Source of the DNA: an uncultured Candidatus Saccharibacteria bacterium
GTDB lineage: Bacteria; Patescibacteriota; Dojkabacteria; JAOAGR01
DNA: 64,000 nt
Reading direction: 5' to 3'
Assembly: GCA_964503755.1 (NCBI GenBank)
Contig: CAZDBO010000001.1
Coordinates: 200,926-264,925, forward strand
The translations under genes and the position numbers were made by a program. Positions within the stretch are counted from its first letter, which is position 1. The number at the start of each line of letters is the position of its first letter. Below, in pieces: positions 49,329 to 58,677 of this stretch. The notes below the pieces were generated by a model. That model was given only the letters and a program-made list of their open reading frames with translations, had not been told where the DNA came from and searched no databases.

Positions 49329-51963
49329 AAATAAAAAACTGTACCCCCACGACGATATATATAGTGAAATGGATCAAGTTGAACGAAAAATTGAAGACAT
49401 TCTTACATCTGTTCTGGCTAATACGCCAACAGATGAGGAAATATTATCTGCGCAGATAAGAATAAAAAATCAACTTGTCCATTCGATAAATAAAAAATCT
49501 ATGGACCAAAAAAAATTTGTAGCTCAAGTATGTCCTGAAGAAGGATCAGCTACACAAAGTCATAATGTTCAGAATTCTCAACCAAACAATAATATATTCA
49601 TGAATTTTTTACAAAATAAGCCGTTGGTCATATTTTCTACATTGACATTAATTACAATTATTACACTGTCAGGAGTGGGGATTTATTATTTGAATTCTGG
49701 TAATAATAATCGATATTCTTCTACGGAAGTTTCTAAAAATGGACAGAAAAATGGTGATATTGTTACATTAGCAAAGGAAAGGTTTAGACAGTTATATGGT
49801 ATTGAATATGATGATTATGTAAAAATAGCATCAAATGTGTCTGCACCTTCTAACACGGCAGAAAATTTCAGAGATATCATAGCACCTACAGGTAGACCGG
49901 GATCAAGACAAATAATGGCTAAACAGAGTGCGGGAGTTCAGAGTATTTTGGATAATGTTGATGTGACACGAAATAAAGGTGCGCTTTATACATACACAGT
50001 GGATTTGCATAAAGCCGATTATACAAAATATATGGATGTTTATATACCAATAGATACTCCTTATGTAGCACTACAAGATTTTATGCGTTATCCTGAAGCA
50101 AAATATGAATACTATGTATCTTTATACTCTACTGGAGCTCTGGTGCAGAGAGATCAGGATGTACTATATGCTTATATTTCTTATGTATCTAATCAGGGAG
50201 ATGATTATAATGTAAAGACATTGGAATATAAGAATGGTAAGTTTGCTTTAGAAGGTAACTATATTCATCCAAAAACTTTTTATGAAGGACAGAATATTTC
50301 TTATATACAATTTACGCCTGACTATATACTTTTGCAAAAACTGGAAAGTAAAAATGAAAATGTAAAAGATTTAGGAGTAAAAGAAATTGATGGGGTAAAG
50401 TATCGTGTTATAGAGGAAACTATTAATGTATTAGGTCCTGTATACACACCACCTGTTCCTTCTGAGATGTTGAATGGTGAGGAGCCAGTTGGTTATCAAA
50501 CAGAGTCTGAGATGATAATTAAAAAGACATATTATGTAAATCCTGACACTACGCAAATAGTGAAAGTAGACTTTAGTGAGGGAGAAGATCTTTTGTTTAG
50601 CATAAAATATGAAACAAATAAAATCGTCGAAAATAGTGATATTCAGAATAAGTATAATGATGTTAGAAATGTTATTAATAAATTAGGTAAGGAAATTAAA
50701 ACATTTGATTTTGGAGCTGTTTACGACGTTAGCTCTTATCCGAAATTAGCAGATTTTGTGAAAAAGTATCCAACGCTTAATTTTGATACTGATAGAAAAG
50801 AAAGATTGAATTTTTATGATAATGACAGTGAGGTAGGACGATTGTATAATGAATACTTTAGATTGTACTTTTCACAAGATTTTGATCCAGCATCCCAAAA
50901 TTCATATGGACAGTACGAAGAGGGCTTACTTGCTTATTTCAGTTCTATGAAGGTATCAATAGAGTATTATAAATCTGGTGCACAGCGATCCAATATAGTT
51001 TGTACCGGTAAAAAATCTGCTATTAATATAAAGAATACAGGTACATTTGAGACGGAGGTTTGTAAATATTCATATGATAATGTAATGACTATACAGCCTG
51101 AAAAGAAAGAAGGATCAACAAATTTATTGCCACCACATTATGAACAAATTATTTACAAACTGAGTCAAAAAATAGGATCATATTCATCATATGATATTTA
51201 TATCTCAGTTAATTCGCCGGAAGATCATAGTTTTGATTTTGTACTGATAAGTGAATCGGCAGCTAAACAGTATGATGAAGAAATAAGTCAAATTACCACT
51301 ATGGAAACTGTGTCTTATGGTGGACAAATAGATCAATCGAAAGTAGATACATTTATCGCAACTCCGGTAGATTTTGTGAAAAAAGAAAATTATAGTGTGT
51401 ATGATAACACCTTTAAATCTCCATATTACAGTAAAGAAGAAACTTGTATTACACCTTTAAAAAATGCACAAAATAATCCAAGATTGTTAGATTATCTTTA
51501 TATGCAGCACAAATATGTACTTGATTGTTTGGCATTAGTCGGTGATGGATATATATTGAGTTATTATGCATATGAGCCATCAATGTACGAGATGCCAGCT
51601 ATATCTGAAACAGAAGCACAGAATTCTGATAATAGAGTTACACAAATTGGGCAATCAAGTTTTGATGTTTATATTTTCAAAAAAAATGATTTTACTTCAT
51701 CGATTTTGGAGTTTTATATAACTTACTTAAATAATCAATTTGGTCAATTTGAGGAGAAGGAGTATAAAAAATTCTTGCCAGTTTATAAGGGAGTCGATGG
51801 ATATATTGTAGTAATAATTCGATCTATGTTTTGGTCTTCTTCTGAGGTGGATACTGATTTTGAGGAAAAAAGAAATAGATTATTAGACAATATACGCATC
51901 TTAAATGAACAAGAAAAAAAATTATTCTTTGATAAACTTCATGGTGTCGAAAAAGACAAATAA
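49303..51963 (+). CDS. membrane protein in anti-sigma-factor position, with a large extracytoplasmic domain
   Basis: 886 aa. It overlaps the sigma gene by 26 nt. It has roughly 105 cytoplasmic residues, one TM helix (PLVIFSTLTLITIITLSGVGIYYL), and about 760 external residues of unknown fold. Confidence 0.5.
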   Translation: MKKMMTKNKNKKLYPHDDIYSEMDQVERKIEDILTSVLANTPTDEEILSAQIRIKNQLVHSINKKSMDQKKFVAQVCPEEGSATQSHNVQNSQPNNNIFMNFLQNKPLVIFSTLTLITIITLSGVGIYYLNSGNNNRYSSTEVSKNGQKNGDIVTLAKERFRQLYGIEYDDYVKIASNVSAPSNTAENFRDIIAPTGRPGSRQIMAKQSAGVQSILDNVDVTRNKGALYTYTVDLHKADYTKYMDVYIPIDTPYVALQDFMRYPEAKYEYYVSLYSTGALVQRDQDVLYAYISYVSNQGDDYNVKTLEYKNGKFALEGNYIHPKTFYEGQNISYIQFTPDYILLQKLESKNENVKDLGVKEIDGVKYRVIEETINVLGPVYTPPVPSEMLNGEEPVGYQTESEMIIKKTYYVNPDTTQIVKVDFSEGEDLLFSIKYETNKIVENSDIQNKYNDVRNVINKLGKEIKTFDFGAVYDVSSYPKLADFVKKYPTLNFDTDRKERLNFYDNDSEVGRLYNEYFRLYFSQDFDPASQNSYGQYEEGLLAYFSSMKVSIEYYKSGAQRSNIVCTGKKSAINIKNTGTFETEVCKYSYDNVMTIQPEKKEGSTNLLPPHYEQIIYKLSQKIGSYSSYDIYISVNSPEDHSFDFVLISESAAKQYDEEISQITTMETVSYGGQIDQSKVDTFIATPVDFVKKENYSVYDNTFKSPYYSKEETCITPLKNAQNNPRLLDYLYMQHKYVLDCLALVGDGYILSYYAYEPSMYEMPAISETEAQNSDNRVTQIGQSSFDVYIFKKNDFTSSILEFYITYLNNQFGQFEEKEYKKFLPVYKGVDGYIVVIIRSMFWSSSEVDTDFEEKRNRLLDNIRILNEQEKKLFFDKLHGVEKDK

Positions 51964-52005
51964 TGATATATTATTAGATTAGAACAAAATAATAAATAAA
52001 ATCTT

Positions 52006-52392
52006 ATGGTAAATGAAAAAACAAATCAAATAAACAAAAAAACAATACTTTTAATAGTGGCGATCATATTGACTCTCATTACTGGATCTATCATTTCATA
52101 TTTTTATTTTCAAAACTTATCTAGAGTATCAAATAATGTTAACAACAGAGAATTGGATAGCTTTAAAAGTAGTAATAATAATGTTGAAAATATCGAAGAT
52201 TTAACGGATGACAATTTAGACTATAAAAATCCATTTTTGGATATAGAAAAAACTGATTTAGAATTTGATGACGGTTTTAGTACAATAGAAGATATTAAGA
52301 ATAATATTTTAAATTACGTATTTGGTGATACAGAATTTAGAAATGATAATTTTTATAATTTAATTTTGATTCGATTAACATTGCTGTTATAG
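52006..52392 (+). CDS. N-terminal, TM-anchored part of a probably frameshifted gene
   Basis: 128-aa ORF. Its last roughly 12 codons (...NFYNLILIRLTLLL*) look like out-of-frame read-through. The adjacent frame is open from 52359 and continues into ORF 52563..53396. Confidence 0.4.
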   Translation: MVNEKTNQINKKTILLIVAIILTLITGSIISYFYFQNLSRVSNNVNNRELDSFKSSNNNVENIEDLTDDNLDYKNPFLDIEKTDLEFDDGFSTIEDIKNNILNYVFGDTEFRNDNFYNLILIRLTLLL

Positions 52393-52562
52393 ATAAATAT
52401 GATGTTAATCCTTTTCTAACTCGTTTAGATTTAGCAAGAGAGATAGATGTAACAGACTACGAAGAGAATTTTGTTGAAATAAATTATACTTATAGAGAAA
52501 CTAATAGTACTAATTTTAAGTTTAGATGTACGCAAATTCTGAATGTTTATTTAATAGCGAAT

Positions 52563-53396
52563 GTGTGTAGAGAGTCGAGTAATCGTATTGACTTAGAGAA
52601 AAGCAATTTACATTTTGTGAAAAAATCCGCAGGCCAGATCACCCATAAATTTGTAAAAAGAGTTAATGAAAAGGACGCAAGTTATCAATATGTAATTGAT
52701 CCTTATCCGTACTATAATGTTTTACTCTATAACCTATTTCAAGAATATGCTTATGTTTATGTAAATGATGATGAGACGACAATCGATAATAGTGCCAATA
52801 AAATTATTGTAAAGACTAATGTCGATGATATGGAAGTCGTTTATGATAATCCAAAGGTTTTTCAAAGCAATAATGAAGAGGCAGAAAAATATTTTGATAT
52901 GATAATAAACGAACTACTAAGGCAAGATGCTATCATTAAAGTTGAAAATAATTATATTTTTAATATAACTGAATTTGTAAAAAAATATCCAGTTCTAGTA
53001 CTACAGGGTCAATTTAAAGAATTTGGATACTACAGTGATTTTAAAAGAGGCGTGGTAAATTTAACTTATGAAAATTCTGGTAGATCTGTTAGGATTATTT
53101 CAGAATTCTATAATTCTGGTAGCCAAGGAAATGTAAATGTAAATTGTTCTGAAGCGAACGGTACAAATCAAATAAAAATAAATGATAAATCATATGAAGC
53201 TATTGTTTGTAGAGGTGATAAAATAGCGGGTAATGTCGTAAAAGTAATAGGTGTGAATGGATATGATATATATATTCAAGCCGTTGATTACTCTATGAAT
53301 CCTGACGAAAAGATTTCTGTTGATCTAATGTCAAGAGAGTTTAGATTTATGACGATAGATGAGGCACCGCAATATGAGATGAAGGTACGAGAATAA
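52563..53396 (+). CDS. C-terminal part of the same probable frameshifted gene (hypothetical)
   Basis: This frame is open from 52359, about 200 nt upstream of the first start codon. The upstream in-frame translation looks protein-like (DKYDVNPFLTRLDLAREIDVTDYEENF...). Confidence 0.4.
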   Translation: MCRESSNRIDLEKSNLHFVKKSAGQITHKFVKRVNEKDASYQYVIDPYPYYNVLLYNLFQEYAYVYVNDDETTIDNSANKIIVKTNVDDMEVVYDNPKVFQSNNEEAEKYFDMIINELLRQDAIIKVENNYIFNITEFVKKYPVLVLQGQFKEFGYYSDFKRGVVNLTYENSGRSVRIISEFYNSGSQGNVNVNCSEANGTNQIKINDKSYEAIVCRGDKIAGNVVKVIGVNGYDIYIQAVDYSMNPDEKISVDLMSREFRFMTIDEAPQYEMKVRE

Positions 53397-53420
53397 TAAA
53401 TTAACATTATTAAAAAATAA

Positions 53421-53448
53421 AAGGCAGGAATTACTTCCTGCCTTTTTG
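53421..53448. terminator. bidirectional rho-independent terminator between convergent genes
   Basis: aaggcaggaa-ttac-ttcctgcctt forms a 9-10 bp stem, followed by TTTT. It lies between the stop at 53396 (+) and the ilvE stop at 53471 (-). Confidence 0.7.
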
Positions 53449-53470
53449 CATTCTTGTTATTTATTTCAAT

Positions 53471-54388
53471 TTAATTATAAATAGATCTGATCCAACTCGA
53501 ATAGGAGGGATCATTTCCTCTTACAGCATTAAAATATTTTTCTTGTATTAATCTAGTGATACTTCCTATTTCACCATTTCCTACTTTACGATAATCTACC
53601 TCCACAATTGGTGTAACTTCTGCTGCTGTACCTGTCATAAATACTTCATCTGCTGCGTATAACTCGCTTCTTGCAATTTTACGTTCTTCAAAAGGAATTC
53701 TTAGATCATTCGCTATTTGTTTTACCGCATTACGTGTGATTCCTTCTAGGATATGATCAGAATATTCGGGTGTAATTATTTTACCATTTCTTACGATGAA
53801 TATGTTTTCACCAGATCCTTCGGATACATATCCTGCAGAATTAAGCATCACTGCTTCATCAAAGCCAGATAATATAGCTTCAGTTTTAGCGAGGGCACTG
53901 TTTACATATCCACCAGCGACTTTCCATCTTGAAGGTATAGAATTATCATCGTTTCTCACCCAAGATGAAGTTTGGACTCGAATGCCTTGAGAGGTGTTAA
54001 GATATTTTCCAAACTTATAAGTATATATTGTTACTGTAGCTTTATAACCAATAAGTTTTGGGGTAAGTGCTAAATCGGCAAAATAGACTAAAGGTCTTAT
54101 ATATACATCTTCTTTGATATTATTTTTTCTTAATAATTCTAGTGTAATATCCACCAAATCATCGGGAGTATATTCGATATTCATAAACATAGATTTTGTG
54201 TTACGCAAGAGTCTTGTATAGTGTTCTTTACCAAACAACAAGAAAAGCTCTTGCTTTTCATCATTCCAATATGCCCTTATCCCTTCAAATATAGCAGTTC
54301 CGTAATGCAATGAATTGGTTTTCACACTTATCTTCGCTTGGTCTGCCTCTACAAACTGGCCATTAAAAAAGATGTATTCTTTATACAT
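53471..54388 (-). CDS. ilvE: branched-chain amino acid aminotransferase (class IV PLP enzyme)
   Basis: 305 aa with ...NGQFVEADQAKISVKTNSLHYGTAIFEGIRAYW... and ...EVFMTGTAAEVTPI... Confidence 0.82.
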   Translation of the reverse strand: MYKEYIFFNGQFVEADQAKISVKTNSLHYGTAIFEGIRAYWNDEKQELFLLFGKEHYTRLLRNTKSMFMNIEYTPDDLVDITLELLRKNNIKEDVYIRPLVYFADLALTPKLIGYKATVTIYTYKFGKYLNTSQGIRVQTSSWVRNDDNSIPSRWKVAGGYVNSALAKTEAILSGFDEAVMLNSAGYVSEGSGENIFIVRNGKIITPEYSDHILEGITRNAVKQIANDLRIPFEERKIARSELYAADEVFMTGTAAEVTPIVEVDYRKVGNGEIGSITRLIQEKYFNAVRGNDPSYSSWIRSIYN

Positions 54389-54465
54389 AGAATAAAATTG
54401 TAAGATAAATTTGTTAGTTTGTAAATTTGAAATAAATATCTTGTATGTATTAAAATACCTTTCGT

Positions 54466-54551
54466 GGAGAGTTCGCCTAGTGGTCTATGGCGCTGCTCTG
54501 GAAAGGCAGTTGGGGAAACCCTCGTGGGTTCGAATCCCACACTCTCCGCCA
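54466..54551 (+). tRNA. tRNA-Ser (anticodon GGA), long variable arm
   Basis: Acceptor GGAGAGT/ACTCTCC, anticodon stem CTGCT/GGCAG with loop CTGGAAA, a 14-nt variable arm, T-loop GGTTCGAATCC, then CCA. Confidence 0.88.
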
Positions 54552-54643
54552 GGCTCAAGGTTTTCATTCATTAATATTTTGAGGGTAAGACTTATCGTTA
54601 TACAAATACGAGATATAATTTTTCGCTGAGAATATTTAACAGT

Positions 54644-55090
54644 TTGAAGAAAGTATCATCTGATGATTCGGATCCTAACACTTATTCTGAAACTTTTGGA
54701 TCTGCAGATGGAAAAACTGCTTTATCAATTATATATAGTAAAAATACATCGGGTACCACCGATTTAAGAAATATATATAGTGTATTGGATACAGTGGAAG
54801 AAAATCAGAATTCATCAGAAACAAACATTGCCGTGAATTGTAGAGTGGAAAAAGTAAAAATTGATTATGTAGCTTGTCAGTATGTAAATGCATTATCTAA
54901 TGGAAAATATGCTTATGTAATACAAACCATTATACCTGATCAAAGAGATTTTGACGGTGTAATAGATTTGACTGGTTTATTTTCATTAGAAAGTCCAGAT
55001 GAAGCACAAAATCTCCTGAGGAATGAAAGTTTTTTAACATTTGGAATTAGCGTAGAAGTATATTCTGTGTTTACTATTGAATTTAATTAA
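54644..55090 (+). CDS. hypothetical protein
   Basis: 148-aa ORF with no motif. Confidence 0.35.
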   Translation: MKKVSSDDSDPNTYSETFGSADGKTALSIIYSKNTSGTTDLRNIYSVLDTVEENQNSSETNIAVNCRVEKVKIDYVACQYVNALSNGKYAYVIQTIIPDQRDFDGVIDLTGLFSLESPDEAQNLLRNESFLTFGISVEVYSVFTIEFN

Positions 55091-55109
55091 TATTTTAATA
55101 TAATAGACT

Positions 55110-55895
55110 ATGGAAAACAGCACGGTACAAAATCAATTTTTTCAAACTGCATCAAATAATTCGGATGTGCAAAATGTTATTAATCCAGCAGTAAACGAAA
55201 TAAGAAAGAAAATAAAACAAGCCTTACTTATTGGAATACTAATTGTCTTAATACTTTCTGGGGTAGTTGCTGCATTCCTGGTTGCTGTATCTGCCCAAGT
55301 TAATGTAATTACGAGAACATTTACTTTTATATTCAACTTAATATTTCATTTAGCGGTAGCTTTAATCTTAATATGGGATGAAAAAAATAATATCTTGAAT
55401 AGTCGTTTTCAAGCGTTAATGATCACCATTTTTTTTAGTGTTATAGTCAACTTTTTTAATTTTTCTATACCAATATTTTTTGAGGAATATAAATACATGG
55501 GATCCGTCTTTATATCGTTAGTTACTACAGTTGGTCTAGTCAGCGTTTTGGAGTTTATTTATAGAGTTTTAGGTAAAAGTATGTATGTTGATGTGTCTTT
55601 GTATTCGACATCGTTCTTTTTGATTCTATCTTATTTTATGGTTTTACCGCTTTACTTTGAGCCTGATATAATACTTCAAGTTTTTAATAGGTACGGAAAT
55701 GTATTATTAGCTCTTTTAATTTTGATGTCAGTCTCTACATTTTCTGCAGTTGTTTTGTACAGAATATATCTAAACAAAAATCCTCAAGCATCGCAAGAAA
55801 AAATGTTTACTTCGGATGTACAATTACTAATTTCATTAGCTATAGTTATATTTGTGTTTGTATTTTGTATTACTTCCTCTATAGTTGCTTTTTAA
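55110..55895 (+). CDS. hypothetical polytopic membrane protein
   Basis: 261 aa with about 6 TM helices. Confidence 0.42.
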   Translation: MENSTVQNQFFQTASNNSDVQNVINPAVNEIRKKIKQALLIGILIVLILSGVVAAFLVAVSAQVNVITRTFTFIFNLIFHLAVALILIWDEKNNILNSRFQALMITIFFSVIVNFFNFSIPIFFEEYKYMGSVFISLVTTVGLVSVLEFIYRVLGKSMYVDVSLYSTSFFLILSYFMVLPLYFEPDIILQVFNRYGNVLLALLILMSVSTFSAVVLYRIYLNKNPQASQEKMFTSDVQLLISLAIVIFVFVFCITSSIVAF

Positions 55896-56967
55896 GTATG
55901 TTTTATATGCAGTGAAGCGGCTAGTAATTTTTGATATACTGCGAGGACATTTGCTTTTGTCAGTTGTTTGGGACCATCTGACTTATGTTATTGGTCTTTC
56001 ATTATTTTCTTATTACAATTATAAAGGCCTTTTATGGGTTTCTGCTGCTGAAGGATTTGTAATAATTTCTGGGTTACTTATTGGTTATATTTTTCTTAAT
56101 AGAAAAACTCATTGTAATATTGATTTTGTAAGAATAATGTTAAAAAGAACATTTGTTTTGTATTTAATTTCAGTATTATCAAGTATAATATTAACAATAT
56201 TTTTCTGGAAAGGAAATAAACTAGAAGTTAGTGGAATATGGAGAGATAATCATCCTGAAGAACCCGATTTTTTCCTTACAATTTTATATTCAATACTTTT
56301 TATACATCATTATGGTTGGATGGATATTTTTGTACTTTATGTTTGGCTATTTATTATTACAATTCCAATTGTTTTGATTATAAGAAAGTATAGATTATTA
56401 TTTATTTTGGTTTTAATATTATCATTTTCACTATGGTTGTTTGATCAAATTTTTAGACTTGAATTGAATCTAATACAAGTTAGTTCTTTTAGACTTTTAT
56501 CTTGGCAATTTTTATTTATTGTAAGCTTAGTTTTGGGGATGTATTTTGAAAGATTACGTTACTTTTACAAAAAAAGAATTTTACGTATTTTAGTAATAAT
56601 TACATTTGTTGTTTTTTTTGTTTGTGGTGTGGTGTTTCCTTACAATGAGATTGACTTTCTTGCATTTTTATTTTCAAAGGAATTTTTGGCAGTAGGAAGA
56701 CTAATTTTATCTTTTTTTTGGTTATATGCAGTTGGAGTAATATTGAGAATGTTATCAGATAAATTTAATTTACTAGCCAATTTATTATCTTATATTGGCA
56801 AAGAATCTCTTTATGTGTATGCTATACATGCTTTAGTTCTTGTTTTTTTGGACGGTGTATTTATTGAAGACTTTTTCTTGAATAGCTTGGTTGTAATTGT
56901 AATCACGATATTTATATATTTTCTTGTTTTTCTAAAAAATAAATTTTTTAATAAGAACAGAGTTTGA
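55885..56967 (+). CDS. acyltransferase family 3 (OafA/OpgC-like) membrane protein
   Basis: 360 aa polytopic. The N-terminal ...RLVIFDILRGHLLLSVVWDHL... matches the AT3 signature (R-x-x-x-LD-x-LRG...H). Confidence 0.55.
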   Translation: MLFKYVLYAVKRLVIFDILRGHLLLSVVWDHLTYVIGLSLFSYYNYKGLLWVSAAEGFVIISGLLIGYIFLNRKTHCNIDFVRIMLKRTFVLYLISVLSSIILTIFFWKGNKLEVSGIWRDNHPEEPDFFLTILYSILFIHHYGWMDIFVLYVWLFIITIPIVLIIRKYRLLFILVLILSFSLWLFDQIFRLELNLIQVSSFRLLSWQFLFIVSLVLGMYFERLRYFYKKRILRILVIITFVVFFVCGVVFPYNEIDFLAFLFSKEFLAVGRLILSFFWLYAVGVILRMLSDKFNLLANLLSYIGKESLYVYAIHALVLVFLDGVFIEDFFLNSLVVIVITIFIYFLVFLKNKFFNKNRV

Positions 56968-56992
56968 CAAGTATATAGAGATTTTATAGTAT

Positions 56993-57598
56993 TTGTACAT
57001 GGACAATTTCTCAAAAAATAATAAAAATTTGCCACTTTTGGTTGCTGCAATTATATCTATTTCAACTCTAGTTTTAGTCATATTTTTTAGTTTATTGCCT
57101 AATATCGTGAAAATGCCATTAACAAAATATAAACTAGTTTTTTCTGTTTTGGTAGAACGAGATACAGAATATCCTTATTATTTTAACAAAATTAGGACTA
57201 GTAGGAACCAGTATAAAGTAGAAATACAAAAGCGGAATCAGCAAGAAAATATTGATGATATTAAAAAGATGTTAGCATCGTCTAGGAAGTATTATTTATA
57301 TGATTTTAAAGTTGGAAATATCCAAGAAATAAAATTGGATGATGTCCTTAGCAAAACTTATTATATGAATCAGAATTTTATGTTTATAGGTAGTGCTATT
57401 GTAGGTTCGTTATGTGATGATTCGCCAGATCGATATAGATTAGAAAGTACGGGTTATTATGATTTTTTGGAATATAAGAATAATCCAGAATTGATGATTT
57501 ATTCCGATGAGGAAGTGGGCATATATATCACAAACTTTTTTGTAAAACATAAATTTTATAATGGAGTCATGTCCGAATGTTTTGGATGGACTTTGTAA
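56993..57598 (+). CDS. membrane-anchored hypothetical protein
   Basis: 201 aa with one N-terminal TM helix. Confidence 0.38.
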   Translation: MYMDNFSKNNKNLPLLVAAIISISTLVLVIFFSLLPNIVKMPLTKYKLVFSVLVERDTEYPYYFNKIRTSRNQYKVEIQKRNQQENIDDIKKMLASSRKYYLYDFKVGNIQEIKLDDVLSKTYYMNQNFMFIGSAIVGSLCDDSPDRYRLESTGYYDFLEYKNNPELMIYSDEEVGIYITNFFVKHKFYNGVMSECFGWTL

Positions 57599-57608
57599 AT
57601 AAAATATT

Positions 57609-58619
57609 ATGTCATCAGAAACGATCAAAACATATCAAAAAAAGGCATCGGTAGAATTTATAGATATTCTTTTTTATGTTTCGGCTGTCATTATCTCAAT
57701 TGGTACTTTCGTTTTTATTAATCAAACGCTAAATTTGTTTATCAGACTTTCTATTACTACTTTTATAGCGATAATACCTTTGCTTTTTGTTTTGTTCGTA
57801 AAGTTTAGAAAAATTGAACAGTTTTACAGATTAGCAAATCCTCTTTTATTGGTACATGTGCTTGTAGGTACTGCTACTTTATACGCATGGTATGAACCAA
57901 TTAATGCCTTGTCTTTAATGTTTTTTGAACGTGATTTATTATATATCTATTACATTCTGTTTGCTTCTCTGATTTTAGGAGCGTGGTTTTGGTTTTTGTC
58001 TAAAGTTCTGAATGGAAACCAAATACTTATATACTTCACTATTATTACTCTTCCTGTTACATATATTTCGTTTATACAGTCTTATTTAGAATTATTACAA
58101 AGTTGGCTAGGTATAATCTATCCTTTTTTAGATTCAAGGTATCATCATTTTTATTCATTTTTTGTTTTAACTATTGGTTTAGTTATATTTTCTATATCAA
58201 ATTACCTTTTAAATTTAGGTGAGAAATTTCGTATATTAACATATTTTGTTAGGATAAGTGGTTTAGTCGCTATATATTTTACATTTGTCTCATTTACAGC
58301 GTATTTTGCTTATAACGATTTACTTCATTTCTTTTTATTGATTTTTAATTACATTATGGTTTTGTTCTTTTTTTATTATTTCAATCGAATCAGAGCAGTT
58401 GATGGATATATATTAGCATCTTTATATTTGGTTGGTTTGATTAATTATTCGATATTTTATTTGGTTTACGAATTTGATTTAATGTTTGGAAGAGATTATA
58501 TAGGTCCTCTTCTTTTTATAGCGTCTGGCGTATCTTTGCTTATAGTATCAGTTGTTGGGTATTATTTTTGGAATAAAGATAAAAATGCTATAAATATAGA
58601 ATCTAATGTTTCTAATTAA
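57609..58619 (+). CDS. hypothetical polytopic membrane protein
   Basis: 336 aa with about 9 TM helices. Confidence 0.42.
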   Translation: MSSETIKTYQKKASVEFIDILFYVSAVIISIGTFVFINQTLNLFIRLSITTFIAIIPLLFVLFVKFRKIEQFYRLANPLLLVHVLVGTATLYAWYEPINALSLMFFERDLLYIYYILFASLILGAWFWFLSKVLNGNQILIYFTIITLPVTYISFIQSYLELLQSWLGIIYPFLDSRYHHFYSFFVLTIGLVIFSISNYLLNLGEKFRILTYFVRISGLVAIYFTFVSFTAYFAYNDLLHFFLLIFNYIMVLFFFYYFNRIRAVDGYILASLYLVGLINYSIFYLVYEFDLMFGRDYIGPLLFIASGVSLLIVSVVGYYFWNKDKNAINIESNVSN

Positions 58620-58677
58620 TTTTTAGATATTATGTTCTTTGATTAAATTGATAATTTGTATCGGAAAAAACAAATAT

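Noticed and set aside
54349-54629. ORFs 54349..54567 (-) and 54411..54629 (+)
   Set aside because: Both run through the tRNA-Ser gene (54466..54551), so they are spurious.
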